A stretch of DNA of 63,933 nt, counting the filler, from Thraustochytrium aureum (Eukaryota), in assembly GCA_012862495.1 (NCBI GenBank). It is 7 parts of 5 records of this genome, joined end to end, with 100 filler letters (N's around TTAATTAATTAA, not from the genome) between each part and the next. Parts side by side here need not be neighbours in the genome. Positions count along the whole stretch, not along the records: positions 28,622 to 48,199 come from BLSG01000152.1; 6 more parts are not named here. One strand, given 5' to 3'. Each line of letters opens with the position of its first letter. The stretch's first letter is position 1. Below are positions 35,201 through 45,325 of this stretch, piece by piece. A program made the translations under genes and the position numbers. A model generated the notes under the pieces. It searched no databases. It saw only the letters and a list, made by a program, of their open reading frames with translations, and had not been told where the DNA came from.

Positions 35201-36249
35201 TTGGCGGCCTCCTCTTCTTCGAGCGCCTCTTGAAGCGCGACCTGGTCTTCGTCCTCCTCTTCGTCAGCACTGCAAAGAATTGCCGCGCTTGCATCCACGC
35301 TGGGTGCGAGATCTGGGTTTTGTGAAGCGTCAACTGCAGCCGCTGTTGGGCTCACGGCTGATTTGTCGGCCGAGGCCGAAGACCTCGCGCTGCGTGGAGG
35401 GGGCTCTTGGGCCTTGCGTCTCTCGGCAAGCTCTCGCGCGAGCCGTTTTGCATGTTCAATTCGATCTCTGCGCTCTTGTTCCCATTTCTCTCGCGCGGCC
35501 TCGCGCTCTCGCAGGCGCTCGCGTGCTGCCCGGCGCTGCTCGAACCGCAGGCTTCGCTCGGCCTTCTTTTCTGCTTGGCCCGTCGCCGAGCTGTCTCAAG
35601 CATCTTGGCTCGCTCGAGTTCTTGCTGGCGCCGACGCTTTTTCTTACTTGAATCTGACTGCAAAGACGACGAAGGTCTTGCCCCACGTCGAATCCATGGT
35701 CCGTGTGCCCCTCTCGCGCATCGACTGCACTTTTGCCTTTGTCTCCGCAAAAGCTTTGGCTTTGGCAGTCTCGGTTGGACTTGCTGGATCCTCGTCCCTT
35801 GGCGTGACCCTTGGGGTGTCGCTTCCGAATGGAGGAGGTTGCGGGCTCGAGCTCAAGCGCTGTTCTGGAAAGGGTCTCTCATGGTCGTGTTGGTTTGTCG
35901 GGCGGGACTGCAGCTGAGGAGCGTGCTCGGGAGCGCGCTGCGCGGCTCTTGGAGAGGAGATTGCTGACACCGAGCTTTGTGTTGTTCCTGACCGGGGCGG
36001 CGGCTCGGCCGACGAACCTCTCACGGACGGCGAGTTTGGCCGCCACGGAGCACCAGGAAGGCTTGCTTGCGTGGTGGGCTGCGGCGCTTCGCGACTCGGC
36101 TCCAAGCTGAGTTGCGATACGGGAACAACCAAGTTGCTACAAAGCATCGACTGCACCCTCTGGGCGGCAGCAAGAACTTGCGACCTCTGCGCGACCATGG
36201 CGAGTTCTTTCCTAATATACCCTAGCAGGGCAGCGTCGCCAGGATCCAT
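32238..36249 (-). CDS. Tubulin-tyrosine ligase-like protein (TTLL, polyglutamylase type) with a long acidic low-complexity N-terminus; several frameshifts
   Basis: TTL domain 32238-33680: VNHFHQARVLTRKD, WIMKPVGLSRGRGI, QRYVSNPLLLDGYKFDLRIYVLVTS, HLTNSSIQK and FELFGFDVLLD..PWLIEINSSPS. A C-run shift near 33680 joins ORF 33484-35355. The extent beyond 35355 is tentative. Confidence 0.85.
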
Positions 36250-37412
36250 CGAGCCGACGAGCGTCGCCGCGAGCCGCTCCAGCTCGACCCTCGTGCGCTC
36301 AAGGTCAGCAGCTCCAAGCAGAGCGATTTGCGCGAGCGGAAACAGAGGAAGCTGGTCCAGTCCACCGCATGCGGGGCCGCCAGCCGCCCGCCCGGAGCGG
36401 CATTGTCGATGCGGTCCATGTGGCGCTCGTCAGCGGAGCCACTCCAGCGCGCCACTCCAGCGCGCCTGTCTCAAACCGGGTCTGTCCGCATCCCGCGCCG
36501 GCGCACACCATACCGTTACGCTCGCGTTCCTCTCAACCGCGGCCCTCTGTTTCTTTTGATTGATTGATTGAAACGCACACTTCACAAACACGCCAAGGTG
36601 TATGAATGCGCGTGCGTTTCTCCCAATGACGAGTCGCTGGTGGTGCGTTTCTCTAAATTCACGATGAGCGACACCGGTGCGTTCCTCTGAATACCGGTGT
36701 GCTCGTCCATTCGTTTTTCACCTTCCGGCGAGTCTACGGGTGCACACCNNNNNNNNNNNNNNNNNNNNNNNNNNNNNNNNNNNNNNNNNNNNNNNNNNNN
36801 NNNNNNNNNNNNNNNNNNNNNNNNNNNNNNNNNNNNNNNNNNNNNNNNNNNNNNNNNNNNNNNNNNNNNNNNNNNNAGAGACGCAACAAAAGGTGTGCAT
36901 GTATTCCTCTTTTGTGGATAATGCGTTCCGCAAAATGGTGCGCACCTGTTCCTCTCTTTGCCACGCCATTTGCAAGGGCGAAGCTCTGACACGACTGCGA
37001 CTGCGAACAATGCTCGAGAGCAGTCTGGCGCGGAGCAGCTCGAGAGGCAGTGCGGCGCGCGCGTGAGCTGGATTGGGCTTGAGCGAGCCGGGCTTCGAGC
37101 GATCGCGGGGGCTGGGGGTGCCGAGGGGAAACCAGGATGTGAGTGTCGGTTGTGGGGTGGTTGCCATTCGTCCGTCTCGCGTCCCTCCGTTCGCGTCCCT
37201 CCGTTCGCGTCCCTCCTCGGTCCCGGGAGGCGAGGGCGGAGGTGCCGGGCCGCCGGGAGGGGCTCGCCCGCCCGCACGCCTTGCGAGGCTGCCTGAGGCG
37301 ATTTGGCTCGGGGGTTTTGGGACTGCGCGCCTGAGCGCGCTCAGGCCCGCCAACGTAGCTAACGCATCTCTCCGTCCACCTTTTGTGTGTTGCCGAGAGC
37401 AGCGATCTCGCG

Positions 37413-37631
37413 ATGTCTACGCCGTGGTCGAACGCGCGGGTCGCCCTGTCGGTGGTCTCCGTTGCCAGCGTGGTCGGCAGCGGCTGGGCCTACTGGGGCT
37501 ACAACGTCCATCATTCGCGCATGGCAAGCGCCAACGCGTACGAACGCGCGCTCGCAGAGCGGCTCCAGTGGCCGAACAAGATGCAGCTCACGGCTTTTCA
37601 GCCCTACAACCTTCCGAAAGACGGGCGCTGA
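37413..37631 (+). CDS. Putative 72-aa single-pass membrane microprotein
   Basis: MSTPWSNARVALSVVSVASVVGSGWAYWGYNV..: ATG, one hydrophobic helix and GC3-rich codons, in an otherwise intergenic region. Confidence 0.45.
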   Translation: MSTPWSNARVALSVVSVASVVGSGWAYWGYNVHHSRMASANAYERALAERLQWPNKMQLTAFQPYNLPKDGR

Positions 37632-38777
37632 TGGCATGGGCATGTCGGCCCTGCCTTCCTTGTACGTATTGAGATGAAATGGGAGAGTCACGGTGGCAGA
37701 TGCATGCTAAAGCTTTGGATGCTTGCCCGCGCTCTCTTGGACTTGCGATGGCCGCTCCTCCCCTTGACGTTGTCAACGATCACTTGCTGATCCACGAAGT
37801 TGGGCAGGCAACCCCGTCGCGGAGCTTGCGAAGGCGCTAGCCGCCGGCGTGCAACCGCGTCCACCGCCCGCTATGCATGCGCCCTGCCTCACTCGCGCGT
37901 GCAAGGTTGGTGGTTGCAGCGCCCGCCAGAGCGGAGGGCACGGTACGTTTCCGCCTTCTCGTCGATCTCGACACCACCTCGAGAAGCCTGCCGTGTCCCG
38001 CCCAAGCCGGCGCCTCAACGTCATTCAGTTCTGCTCGTCACGTGAGGGGCCCAGGGCAGGCGCCCTCCACGTGACGACACGACCCCTCCACCCCCGCGCC
38101 GATCGGACGTGACACAGGGTCTAGCGTTTCGCGCTTGCACACTTCCAAACGGTCTATTGGCGAGTCTGGTGTGCGTGTGCACGTGTGCGCGTTTTCAAGC
38201 TCGCCTCCGTCTTGGCAGTGTGCATTGTGGTGCATCCGCCTTTCCTTCTTTTCCGGTGGCCTGGACAGGCCCAAGAGGCACGTAAGTACTTGGCGGAGGC
38301 ACACCCGGCCAGCCAGAGAGGCTGGCAAGCGAGTTCACGTCGCGCCAATCCGAGCGCCAGCCAGTGCCAACGCGGCCGGCCTGGGCTGCCTGCCGGGCCG
38401 GTCACCGGTGATGAAATGTCGTTCGAAGTGGCTGCCTCCCCTCCGCCCTCCGCGAGCAGAGGCGAGCTCTGGCAGGCACTGCAGTGGCAGATCGACGGCT
38501 TGGTGAGAGTCGGTCGCTTTGCGTTTGCACTTGTTCATCCCGAGAGCCTGCCACTGCGAGTCTCTCTCTCCTCACAGCCTGCAAACGATCCTCCCTCCAC
38601 CACGAGAGAGTCCAGACCACATCCCAGAACACTAACTGCAGCAGCAGAGCAGCAGCAGCTCGTGCAGGCCCTCGAGCGCTGGCGAGGAACGCTTGCTGAG
38701 CGCGACCTGGTTGGCCGGCTGGCTGGTTGGCGCGCTGGTTGCGTGCTGCAACGGAGTCCACGGACGCAAGGCGCTCG

Positions 38778-38962
38778 CCTGCCTGCCTGCCTGCCTGCCT
38801 GCCCGCCTACTTACCTTCAGCCTGACGTGCGCGTCAAGCGTGCACGGCGAGACTGGGGCAGCGTCGACGGTGCTGGTCGGCCCGCCTGCCGGAAGAAAAA
38901 GGCGCGCAGCGGATTCGCCTGCCTGCCCACCTGCCTGCCTGCCTGCCTGCCTAGCCTGCCTA
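38778..38962. repeat. Two (GCCT/CCTG)n microsatellite tracts
   Basis: GCCTGCCTGCCT runs at about 38778-38802 and 38918-38962, probably intronic or UTR sequence upstream of the RhoGEF. Confidence 0.8.
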
Positions 38963-39082
38963 GCCGAGCGGCCACAGCGCGCAAGAGGGTTGAGTGGCCG
39001 TTGCCCTGGAAGCGTCGGCTGGGCCTGGAACACACACACCACGCACGTGCTCACACGCGGTGGCGACTCTCGCGCCGGCAGG

Positions 39083-42000
39083 ATGACTGGGCAAATGGAA
39101 GAGCTCGTGCAGATGGAGCGCCTCATGATCGCCTACGAGGAGGTGAGCCCTGGCGAGGAGTTCAAGTCCAAGCACGAGCTGCTCGTCCGGCCAGACCGCA
39201 AGTTTGTCGAGACCAGCGAAGTGGAGGTCAGGCAAGCCCCGTTCTCGACATCCCGCAAGGTGCCCGCGCGGCTCTATCTTTTCGAAGACCTGCTGATCGT
39301 GGCCGTCCCGAACGGGGCCGGCACGCCAAAGTCGATCGGGTCGATGCTCGCCTCGGAAGAGCTCGGCAAACACACGACCCTGAAGCGATTCAGGAACAAA
39401 TACAAGGTCCTGAGCTGGCTCGACTTGCACCGATGCAGCGTCAAGCTGGCTGGCACAGAGGTGATCCAAGTCACCTTTGTCACGCGGCACGGCGAGGAGG
39501 TGAGAAAGGGCGGCACGATGCGCATCGTGACCCGCGTGGAAAAGATCGAGCTGTGGTGCTCGTCGGAAACGGCCTCCAACCTGTTCACGCAGCTGACCTG
39601 CTTTATTGAGGACCTGATTGACCACGATCTGCGGCGCGCGAGTCTCGGGTCGATGGCCGAGACCGCCTCGGTCNNNNNNNNNNNNNNNNNNNNNNNNNNN
39701 NNNNNNNNNNNNNNNNNNNNNNNNNNNNNNNNNNNNNNNNNNNNNNNNNNNNNNNNNNNNNNNNNNNNNNNNNNNNNNNNNNNNNNNNNNNNNNNNNNNN
39801 NNNNNNNNNNNNNNNNNNNNNNNNNNNNNNNNNNNNNNNNNNNNNNNNNNNNNNNNNNNNNNNNNNNNNNNNNNNNNNNNNNNNNNNNNNNNNNNNNNNN
39901 NNCCCTCCCGCGGAGGCACGGGTCGACGCACTCGGCCGCGTCGATGGACTCCGAGTCCGTCGGAGGCCTGAGCCTGGCCGACATCGAGAGCAGGTACAAC
40001 CTCAACCTGGACGCGCCATCGCTGCCAGATGGCTCGGTCGAGTTTTGCGTAGACTTTGGCGAGGGCATGATGGGGTTTTCGCTGAGCTCTGGGCCGAGCG
40101 TGGGCGTGATCGTGGGGCGCATTGCCGAGCAGTCGTTCTCCGACGAAGCCGGGGTGTGCATCGGCGACCGCATCGTCGAGGTCGACGACGAGCCGATCGG
40201 CATGGAGGTCAAGTGGCAGGACGTCGTGGAAAAAATCAAGAACAAGCCGCGACCGCTTCGCATCAAGTTCGAGCGTTTCGCAGGGCGCATCAAGGACACG
40301 GCCAGCGACGGGACGAAGGGAGACGGCGACGGGTCTGACTCGAAGGCCCAGTCGAACAAGCAGAGGCGATGGGCCAAGAAGAAGCAGGCGCGCGCGCACG
40401 CCTCTCCGGAGTCGGACGAACGGCTGATCTCCCTCGGCGAGATGGAGCGGCTGTATCGCTCGGGCAAGAAGACGGAGAACGACGACACTTTCAAGCAGAT
40501 TCTGGGCCTGTTTGAGAACGTGCGCTCAAAGGACTCGTCTGAGCCGTACCAGCTGGCGGCCTCGGTGCTGCAAGAAATTTGGAGCACCGAGCGAACGTAC
40601 GTGCTTGACCTGCGTACGCTCGTCCGTGAGTTTATTGTTCCGCTTCGTCGCAAAGTCAAGCGCGCAAAGTGCAAGGATTTGGAGGGCAGCAGGATCTGCG
40701 AGCACGGCGTGCGCCGCGCCACGTGCTCGTCGCCCTCATCCGGCTCCCTGATCAGCAACGAGGACATGCGAACGATCTTCGCCAACATCGAGACGCTGAT
40801 CAAGATCAACACAGAACTGCTCAACTATATCGAGAGCGCCCTGCTGGCGCTCAATGGCTCTGCCGACGTGATCGAGCTCACCAAGCTCTATGGGCCTGCC
40901 TTCGAGAAAGTCATGCCTTTCTTCAAGCTGTACGGCGTCTACTGCCACCAGTACCCCACGGCCATCGACACGCTGCTCATTTGCCGAACCTCGTCCCCCG
41001 AGCTCAACACCATCCTCGCTGATCGCGAGAAGAGAGCCCACGTCTCGCTCAACTCGCTCCTCATCAAGCCTGTGCAGCGCATTTGCAAGTACCCGCTCCT
41101 TTTCCGCGAGCTCTTGCGGCATACCTCCAACCTGCGTACCCAGGGCATCGCTGAGCACATCGCCGAGCTCGAGCACTCGGCGAAGGTCGTTGAGGCACTC
41201 GCTGCCAGCGTCAACCAGATCGTGGGCCAGCACGAGTCGAGCGAGACCTTGATCGACGTCTTCAACGAGCTTGGCGGAGAGGCCGCAGTGCCGTGGCTTG
41301 TAACCCCGCATCGCAAATTTGTCACCCGCCTCAACGTGCTACTCCACGAGGCGCCGTTCCAGGGCGAGGCCAAGCTCCACGTCATGTACGTCTGCTCCGA
41401 CATCGTTCTCTTCGGAAAGGGCAAGGAGATCGGTTCCTTGGGGACTGGCGGCAAGACAGGCGGGCGCAAGGGCCGCGCCGTCTCGCTGAAGCGCGCCTTC
41501 GGCAACTCGCTGAAAAAGGGCTTGCGCACATCCGTGCGGGCCACTTCTTCGTCTCACAAGAGCGGGAACCGCACGCTGGGCAAGCCCGCGATCAAGCACG
41601 TGAAGACTATCGATATCAAGTCGATCACTCCGACGCTCCTCAAAGATAAGGACCCGCAAGGCTTTGTTGGCATCGAGCTCAAGNNNNNNNNNNNNNNNNN
41701 NNNNNNNNNNNNNNNNNNNNNNNNNNNNNNNNNNNNNNNNNNNNNNNNNNNNNNNNNNNNNNNNNNNNNNNNNNNNNNNNNNNNNNNNNNNNNNNNNNNN
41801 NNNNNNNNNNNNNNNNNNNNNNNNNNNNNNNNNNNNNNNNNNNNNNNNNNNNNNNNNNNNNNNNNNNNNNNNNNNNNNNNNNNNNNNNNNNNNNNNNNNN
41901 NNNNNNNNNNNNNNNNNNNNNNNNNNNNNNNNNNNNNNNNNNNNNNNNNNNNNNNNNNNNNNNNNNNNNNNTTTATCACCAAGATCAACAAGCTCCAAAT

Positions 42001-42208
42001 TGGCTCGCCACCGAGGACGAGCGCGCGGGCGTGTACGAGGACCTCGTGGAAAAATATTGAACGCCAGAAGAACGCCGAGATGGGCCACAAGAAGGCCCAA
42101 CAAGAGCACGGGACGCCCAAGGCGACGCGCAACTGGAAGTCTGGCCGCGCCACGAACCAAGCGAGCTTGCGTCGGTCCGGGCACGCGTCGTTGGCGAAGA
42201 AGGCGTGA
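39083..42208 (+). CDS. Dbl-family RhoGEF with PH-PDZ-DH-PH architecture (two gaps; may have upstream exons)
   Basis: PH: RKFVETSEV..RLYLFEDLLIVA. PDZ: FGEGMMGFSL..AGVCIGDRIVEVDD..KPRPLRIKF. DH: LQEIWSTERTYVLDL..IFANIETL..SLNSLLIKPVQRICKYPLLFRELL. Second PH: PHRKFV..HVMYVCSDIVLF. Confidence 0.9.
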   Translation: MTGQMEELVQMERLMIAYEEVSPGEEFKSKHELLVRPDRKFVETSEVEVRQAPFSTSRKVPARLYLFEDLLIVAVPNGAGTPKSIGSMLASEELGKHTTLKRFRNKYKVLSWLDLHRCSVKLAGTEVIQVTFVTRHGEEVRKGGTMRIVTRVEKIELWCSSETASNLFTQLTCFIEDLIDHDLRRASLGSMAETASVXXXXXXXXXXXXXXXXXXXXXXXXXXXXXXXXXXXXXXXXXXXXXXXXXXXXXXXXXXXXXXXXXXXXXXXXXXXXXLPRRHGSTHSAASMDSESVGGLSLADIESRYNLNLDAPSLPDGSVEFCVDFGEGMMGFSLSSGPSVGVIVGRIAEQSFSDEAGVCIGDRIVEVDDEPIGMEVKWQDVVEKIKNKPRPLRIKFERFAGRIKDTASDGTKGDGDGSDSKAQSNKQRRWAKKKQARAHASPESDERLISLGEMERLYRSGKKTENDDTFKQILGLFENVRSKDSSEPYQLAASVLQEIWSTERTYVLDLRTLVREFIVPLRRKVKRAKCKDLEGSRICEHGVRRATCSSPSSGSLISNEDMRTIFANIETLIKINTELLNYIESALLALNGSADVIELTKLYGPAFEKVMPFFKLYGVYCHQYPTAIDTLLICRTSSPELNTILADREKRAHVSLNSLLIKPVQRICKYPLLFRELLRHTSNLRTQGIAEHIAELEHSAKVVEALAASVNQIVGQHESSETLIDVFNELGGEAAVPWLVTPHRKFVTRLNVLLHEAPFQGEAKLHVMYVCSDIVLFGKGKEIGSLGTGGKTGGRKGRAVSLKRAFGNSLKKGLRTSVRATSSSHKSGNRTLGKPAIKHVKTIDIKSITPTLLKDKDPQGFVGIELKXXXXXXXXXXXXXXXXXXXXXXXXXXXXXXXXXXXXXXXXXXXXXXXXXXXXXXXXXXXXXXXXXXXXXXXXXXXXXXXXXXXXXXXXXXXXXXXXFITKINKLQIGSPPRTSARACTRTSWKNIERQKNAEMGHKKAQQEHGTPKATRNWKSGRATNQASLRRSGHASLAKKA

Positions 42209-42671
42209 GCCGCTATCGTCGAGTTCGCCGGCCTTGTGGTGAATTGTTTTTATCCGCTTCTCAAAAACTGAACCCTAAATTTACCCCCTGAGGCTGCTCT
42301 TGGCGCGAGGGCACTCGTTGCTTCCGCACCAGCGCCAACCCGGCCTGCACGGACGTGCTTGGGAGCGCCCCGGCATCGCATGATGCTGAGCCCCTCAGTG
42401 CAGCGCACGTTGCACCTGCAGACACGTCATTCTACTCGCGAAGTGGGTCGTGGCGCGTGCGTTCTCAAAATCACCTGGCTCAATTTGGGCTCAAGCCTTT
42501 CAAAGTCGCTCGGGTACAACTTTGCTCAGACATGGCTGGCTGCGCTGCTGCTCCCGAAGGGGCGGCCCGGCCCGCTCTTTCACAACACATGACACCGCCA
42601 ACCCAGAAAGATCATTCAATCAATCAAACGTTTTCTTCATGTCGGTCAAGACGCACACGCGCTCGGTCGCG

Positions 42672-44714
42672 TCACGAGTCAAAGTCAGACTTGACCGTAT
42701 CGCCTCGCTTCAAGTACGACAAAAATTGCCGCGCCCGGGTCTTGGCGTTCACAAGGGCCTCCTCTGGATCAACGCGCAGCGGAAAATCGAACGACATTGG
42801 GCCACCGAGCGGGTTGCGCGAGGGCGCAACCTCGGGCATCTTTTGTCCGCCTTGAAGGAGGTCTGCGCCGGCCGGGCTTGCATTCTCGGTGTCAGTAACG
42901 CCAGCGCCGGCAAGGCCGTGTCTACCTGCACCGGCTTCCTCGCCTTCTGCCTTCGCACCAGCGAGCCGTCCTGCTTCCTCTCCGTCACTCTCCTCCTTGT
43001 CAGGCGCAAGACTATCTTCCTCCTCTACCTCCCAATCGCCGGGCACGTTGATTGCCATAAAGTCCTGCGCCGTCAGAGCTTTGCCAGAAAACCCTTTCTG
43101 AGCCTGGTCAGCGAACACCTGCATCGCTTCGGCAGCCCGGTCGTCGTACAGCGACAAGTTGGGCTCCTCGTCGCAAACGCCATAGACAAGTTCGGCGCCG
43201 ACACGCGGTGCGAGCGGGACGGGGCCGCGGTACCGCGGCGAGAAATGGGTCAAGACGAGCATGTTGGCCTTGACTGACTCTGCGAACGCGCTGGCCATTT
43301 CTGGCGTAGAGTGCCCATGCGAGATGGTCTTGCGCAGCACCGTCTCCCAAGTGACCGACGGACTGGCGTCGCCAGAATCAAACTCGGGCAGGTACGTGTT
43401 GGTTGCCTCGTGCACGACGAGGTCGGCATTTGCGGCGAGCCTGGCCGCGCGGCTCGCGTCGTATGTGTCGCCGAGTATCACGATCTTGCGACCGCGCTTG
43501 GGCGGCCCCAGGACCTCTGAAGGGTGCACGACGCGGTCGTGCAGCTGCACGCTCTCGCCGACTTTCAGCTTGCTGAGCAAACGCATGTGGTCGCGGACGC
43601 CGAGCTCCTTGAAGAAGGCCTTGTTTGCGTCGCTCTGCAGCTCGCGTGTGATCTCCTTCGCGCTCATTCGGCCCAGGTAGTCTTGCTCCTGGACAATGAA
43701 TCCGGTGCACTGCAGCGCTGGACTGTGCTTTATCACCACGGCGTGAACGCTAAACTTGCTGTCCGTTTCTTGAGAGATTGGAATGTTTTCCCACTCTCCG
43801 TTCATGTTGGCAACAATGTCAAACCCTGGCACCTCCTGCGGATGGCACCCCTTCGACGAGGAGCGCGTCGATATTGTCCCAGATTCCTTCGTGGGCCCCC
43901 TGCGCTGGCGCGGGCGCAGCTCGTGCACCGTGTACTTGTAGTTTAGAAAAGCTGTGGCAGCCCCGAGCATCCGACGAATCGCAGACCTCAAACCGGGCGG
44001 GCCAATAATCTCTAAAGGCTGATCGCGCGGCCGGGTGCCCGAGTTGCACAACGCGCACATGACACCGGGTAGGCCAAAAAAGTGATCTCCGTGCAGGTGC
44101 GTAATGAAAATGCGCCCGACGAGCGATGGCCGGATGCCGGTGCACCGCATCATTTGGTGCTGCGTCCCCTCGCCGCAATCGAAGAGCCACGTCGAGCCGC
44201 TGAGCTGGAGCGCAATCGATGAAACGTTGCGCGACTTGCTTGGCATCATGCTGGACGTGCCGAGAAACACGACGCGGATCGTCGACGGGTTTTGCCTTTG
44301 GGAGCTCCGTGATGGGATTCTGGTGTTGTCGATGCGTGGTTCGCTCGCCGGGCCTTGCCCTGCAGCGCTTTTGCTAGCATCTCCCCCCCCCATTCCCGGA
44401 GGGTTCGCGTCAAAGGCGTTTGCGGCCGAGAATTGCCGCGTGTCGGTACGAGCGGGCCGTGGCCTTTGCATCGGCGTTCGCACTGGCGCCAGTTTTCGCT
44501 GATGGCCGAGGGCGTGCCGCGTTGCTGGCCGTGCTCCTGGTTCGCCTTCATTTGGTCGTTCTACCTCATTTCCACCGCCGCGCGCAGAGTCTGACAGCGC
44601 GCGGCGCTGGACGTTGTGCGGGGAGGCCCAACTTTCAAGCCCCCAAAGTTGTCCTCTGCGCCGGAGGCGCCTGCCCGCAGCAACGACGAGCGCGCCCGCT
44701 CCAGCCCAGCTCAT
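42672..44714 (-). CDS. rnz: Ribonuclease Z, short form (tRNase ZS, ELAC1/bacterial Rnz-like) with long N- and C-terminal extensions
   Basis: VVFLGTSSMMPSKSRNVSS, WLFDCGEGTQ, IFITHLHGDHFFGLPG, GRKIVILGDT, DLVVHEAT, HGHSTPEMA and LVLTHFSPRY. ATG at 44714 (MSWAGAGALVVAAGRRLRRR). Confidence 0.92.
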   Translation of the reverse strand: MSWAGAGALVVAAGRRLRRRGQLWGLESWASPHNVQRRALSDSARGGGNEVERPNEGEPGARPATRHALGHQRKLAPVRTPMQRPRPARTDTRQFSAANAFDANPPGMGGGDASKSAAGQGPASEPRIDNTRIPSRSSQRQNPSTIRVVFLGTSSMMPSKSRNVSSIALQLSGSTWLFDCGEGTQHQMMRCTGIRPSLVGRIFITHLHGDHFFGLPGVMCALCNSGTRPRDQPLEIIGPPGLRSAIRRMLGAATAFLNYKYTVHELRPRQRRGPTKESGTISTRSSSKGCHPQEVPGFDIVANMNGEWENIPISQETDSKFSVHAVVIKHSPALQCTGFIVQEQDYLGRMSAKEITRELQSDANKAFFKELGVRDHMRLLSKLKVGESVQLHDRVVHPSEVLGPPKRGRKIVILGDTYDASRAARLAANADLVVHEATNTYLPEFDSGDASPSVTWETVLRKTISHGHSTPEMASAFAESVKANMLVLTHFSPRYRGPVPLAPRVGAELVYGVCDEEPNLSLYDDRAAEAMQVFADQAQKGFSGKALTAQDFMAINVPGDWEVEEEDSLAPDKEESDGEEAGRLAGAKAEGEEAGAGRHGLAGAGVTDTENASPAGADLLQGGQKMPEVAPSRNPLGGPMSFDFPLRVDPEEALVNAKTRARQFLSYLKRGDTVKSDFDS

Positions 44715-45325
44715 CCGCGCCGCAGTCACCGCTTGTTCAGCACGGCCTGCGCGGCGGTGGGAGAGAGGTCGTCCACGCCGACCCGGATCGCCACTTCGAG
44801 CACCCACCTTCGCTCGCTCTTCGCGAGCCGTCAAGCGAGGCGGTCCGCTTTGAGCGCTTCGGCTCCAGCTCCTGGGCCTGGCTATCGCGCCCCGCGCGCT
44901 CCTCGCCGCTGCCCGCGCCGCTGCCGCGAGAGGGAGGGGGGGAGGGACCAAGACTTGGGGTCTGTCGTAGCCACACGTCCTGTGCCAAATCAATTGACAA
45001 GAACGACTCGGACGCGCCACGTTCGAAATGCAACGCGCCGATCATCAACGTGCGCTCCTTCGGCCGGCCAGCCGCTCGGCGAACCGGTGCGCCCGCGCCT
45101 CCATGCCTTGCTAGCTACTTGCCACTGCGGCGGCCCTCCCGGCGGCTTGAGCCACGGACATACGAGAAGACGCGGCGGACGTTGCGGGACGCGTCGGACC
45201 GCGTCGGACCGCGTCGGGCCACGCGGCCCAGCGAGCTGGGACGGCCGAGCGTTTTGAGGATTCGCGCGCGAAGCCTGGGCGCGCGTGGAGACTTGCAGGG
45301 CAAAGGTAGAATACAGCTTCTGCCT

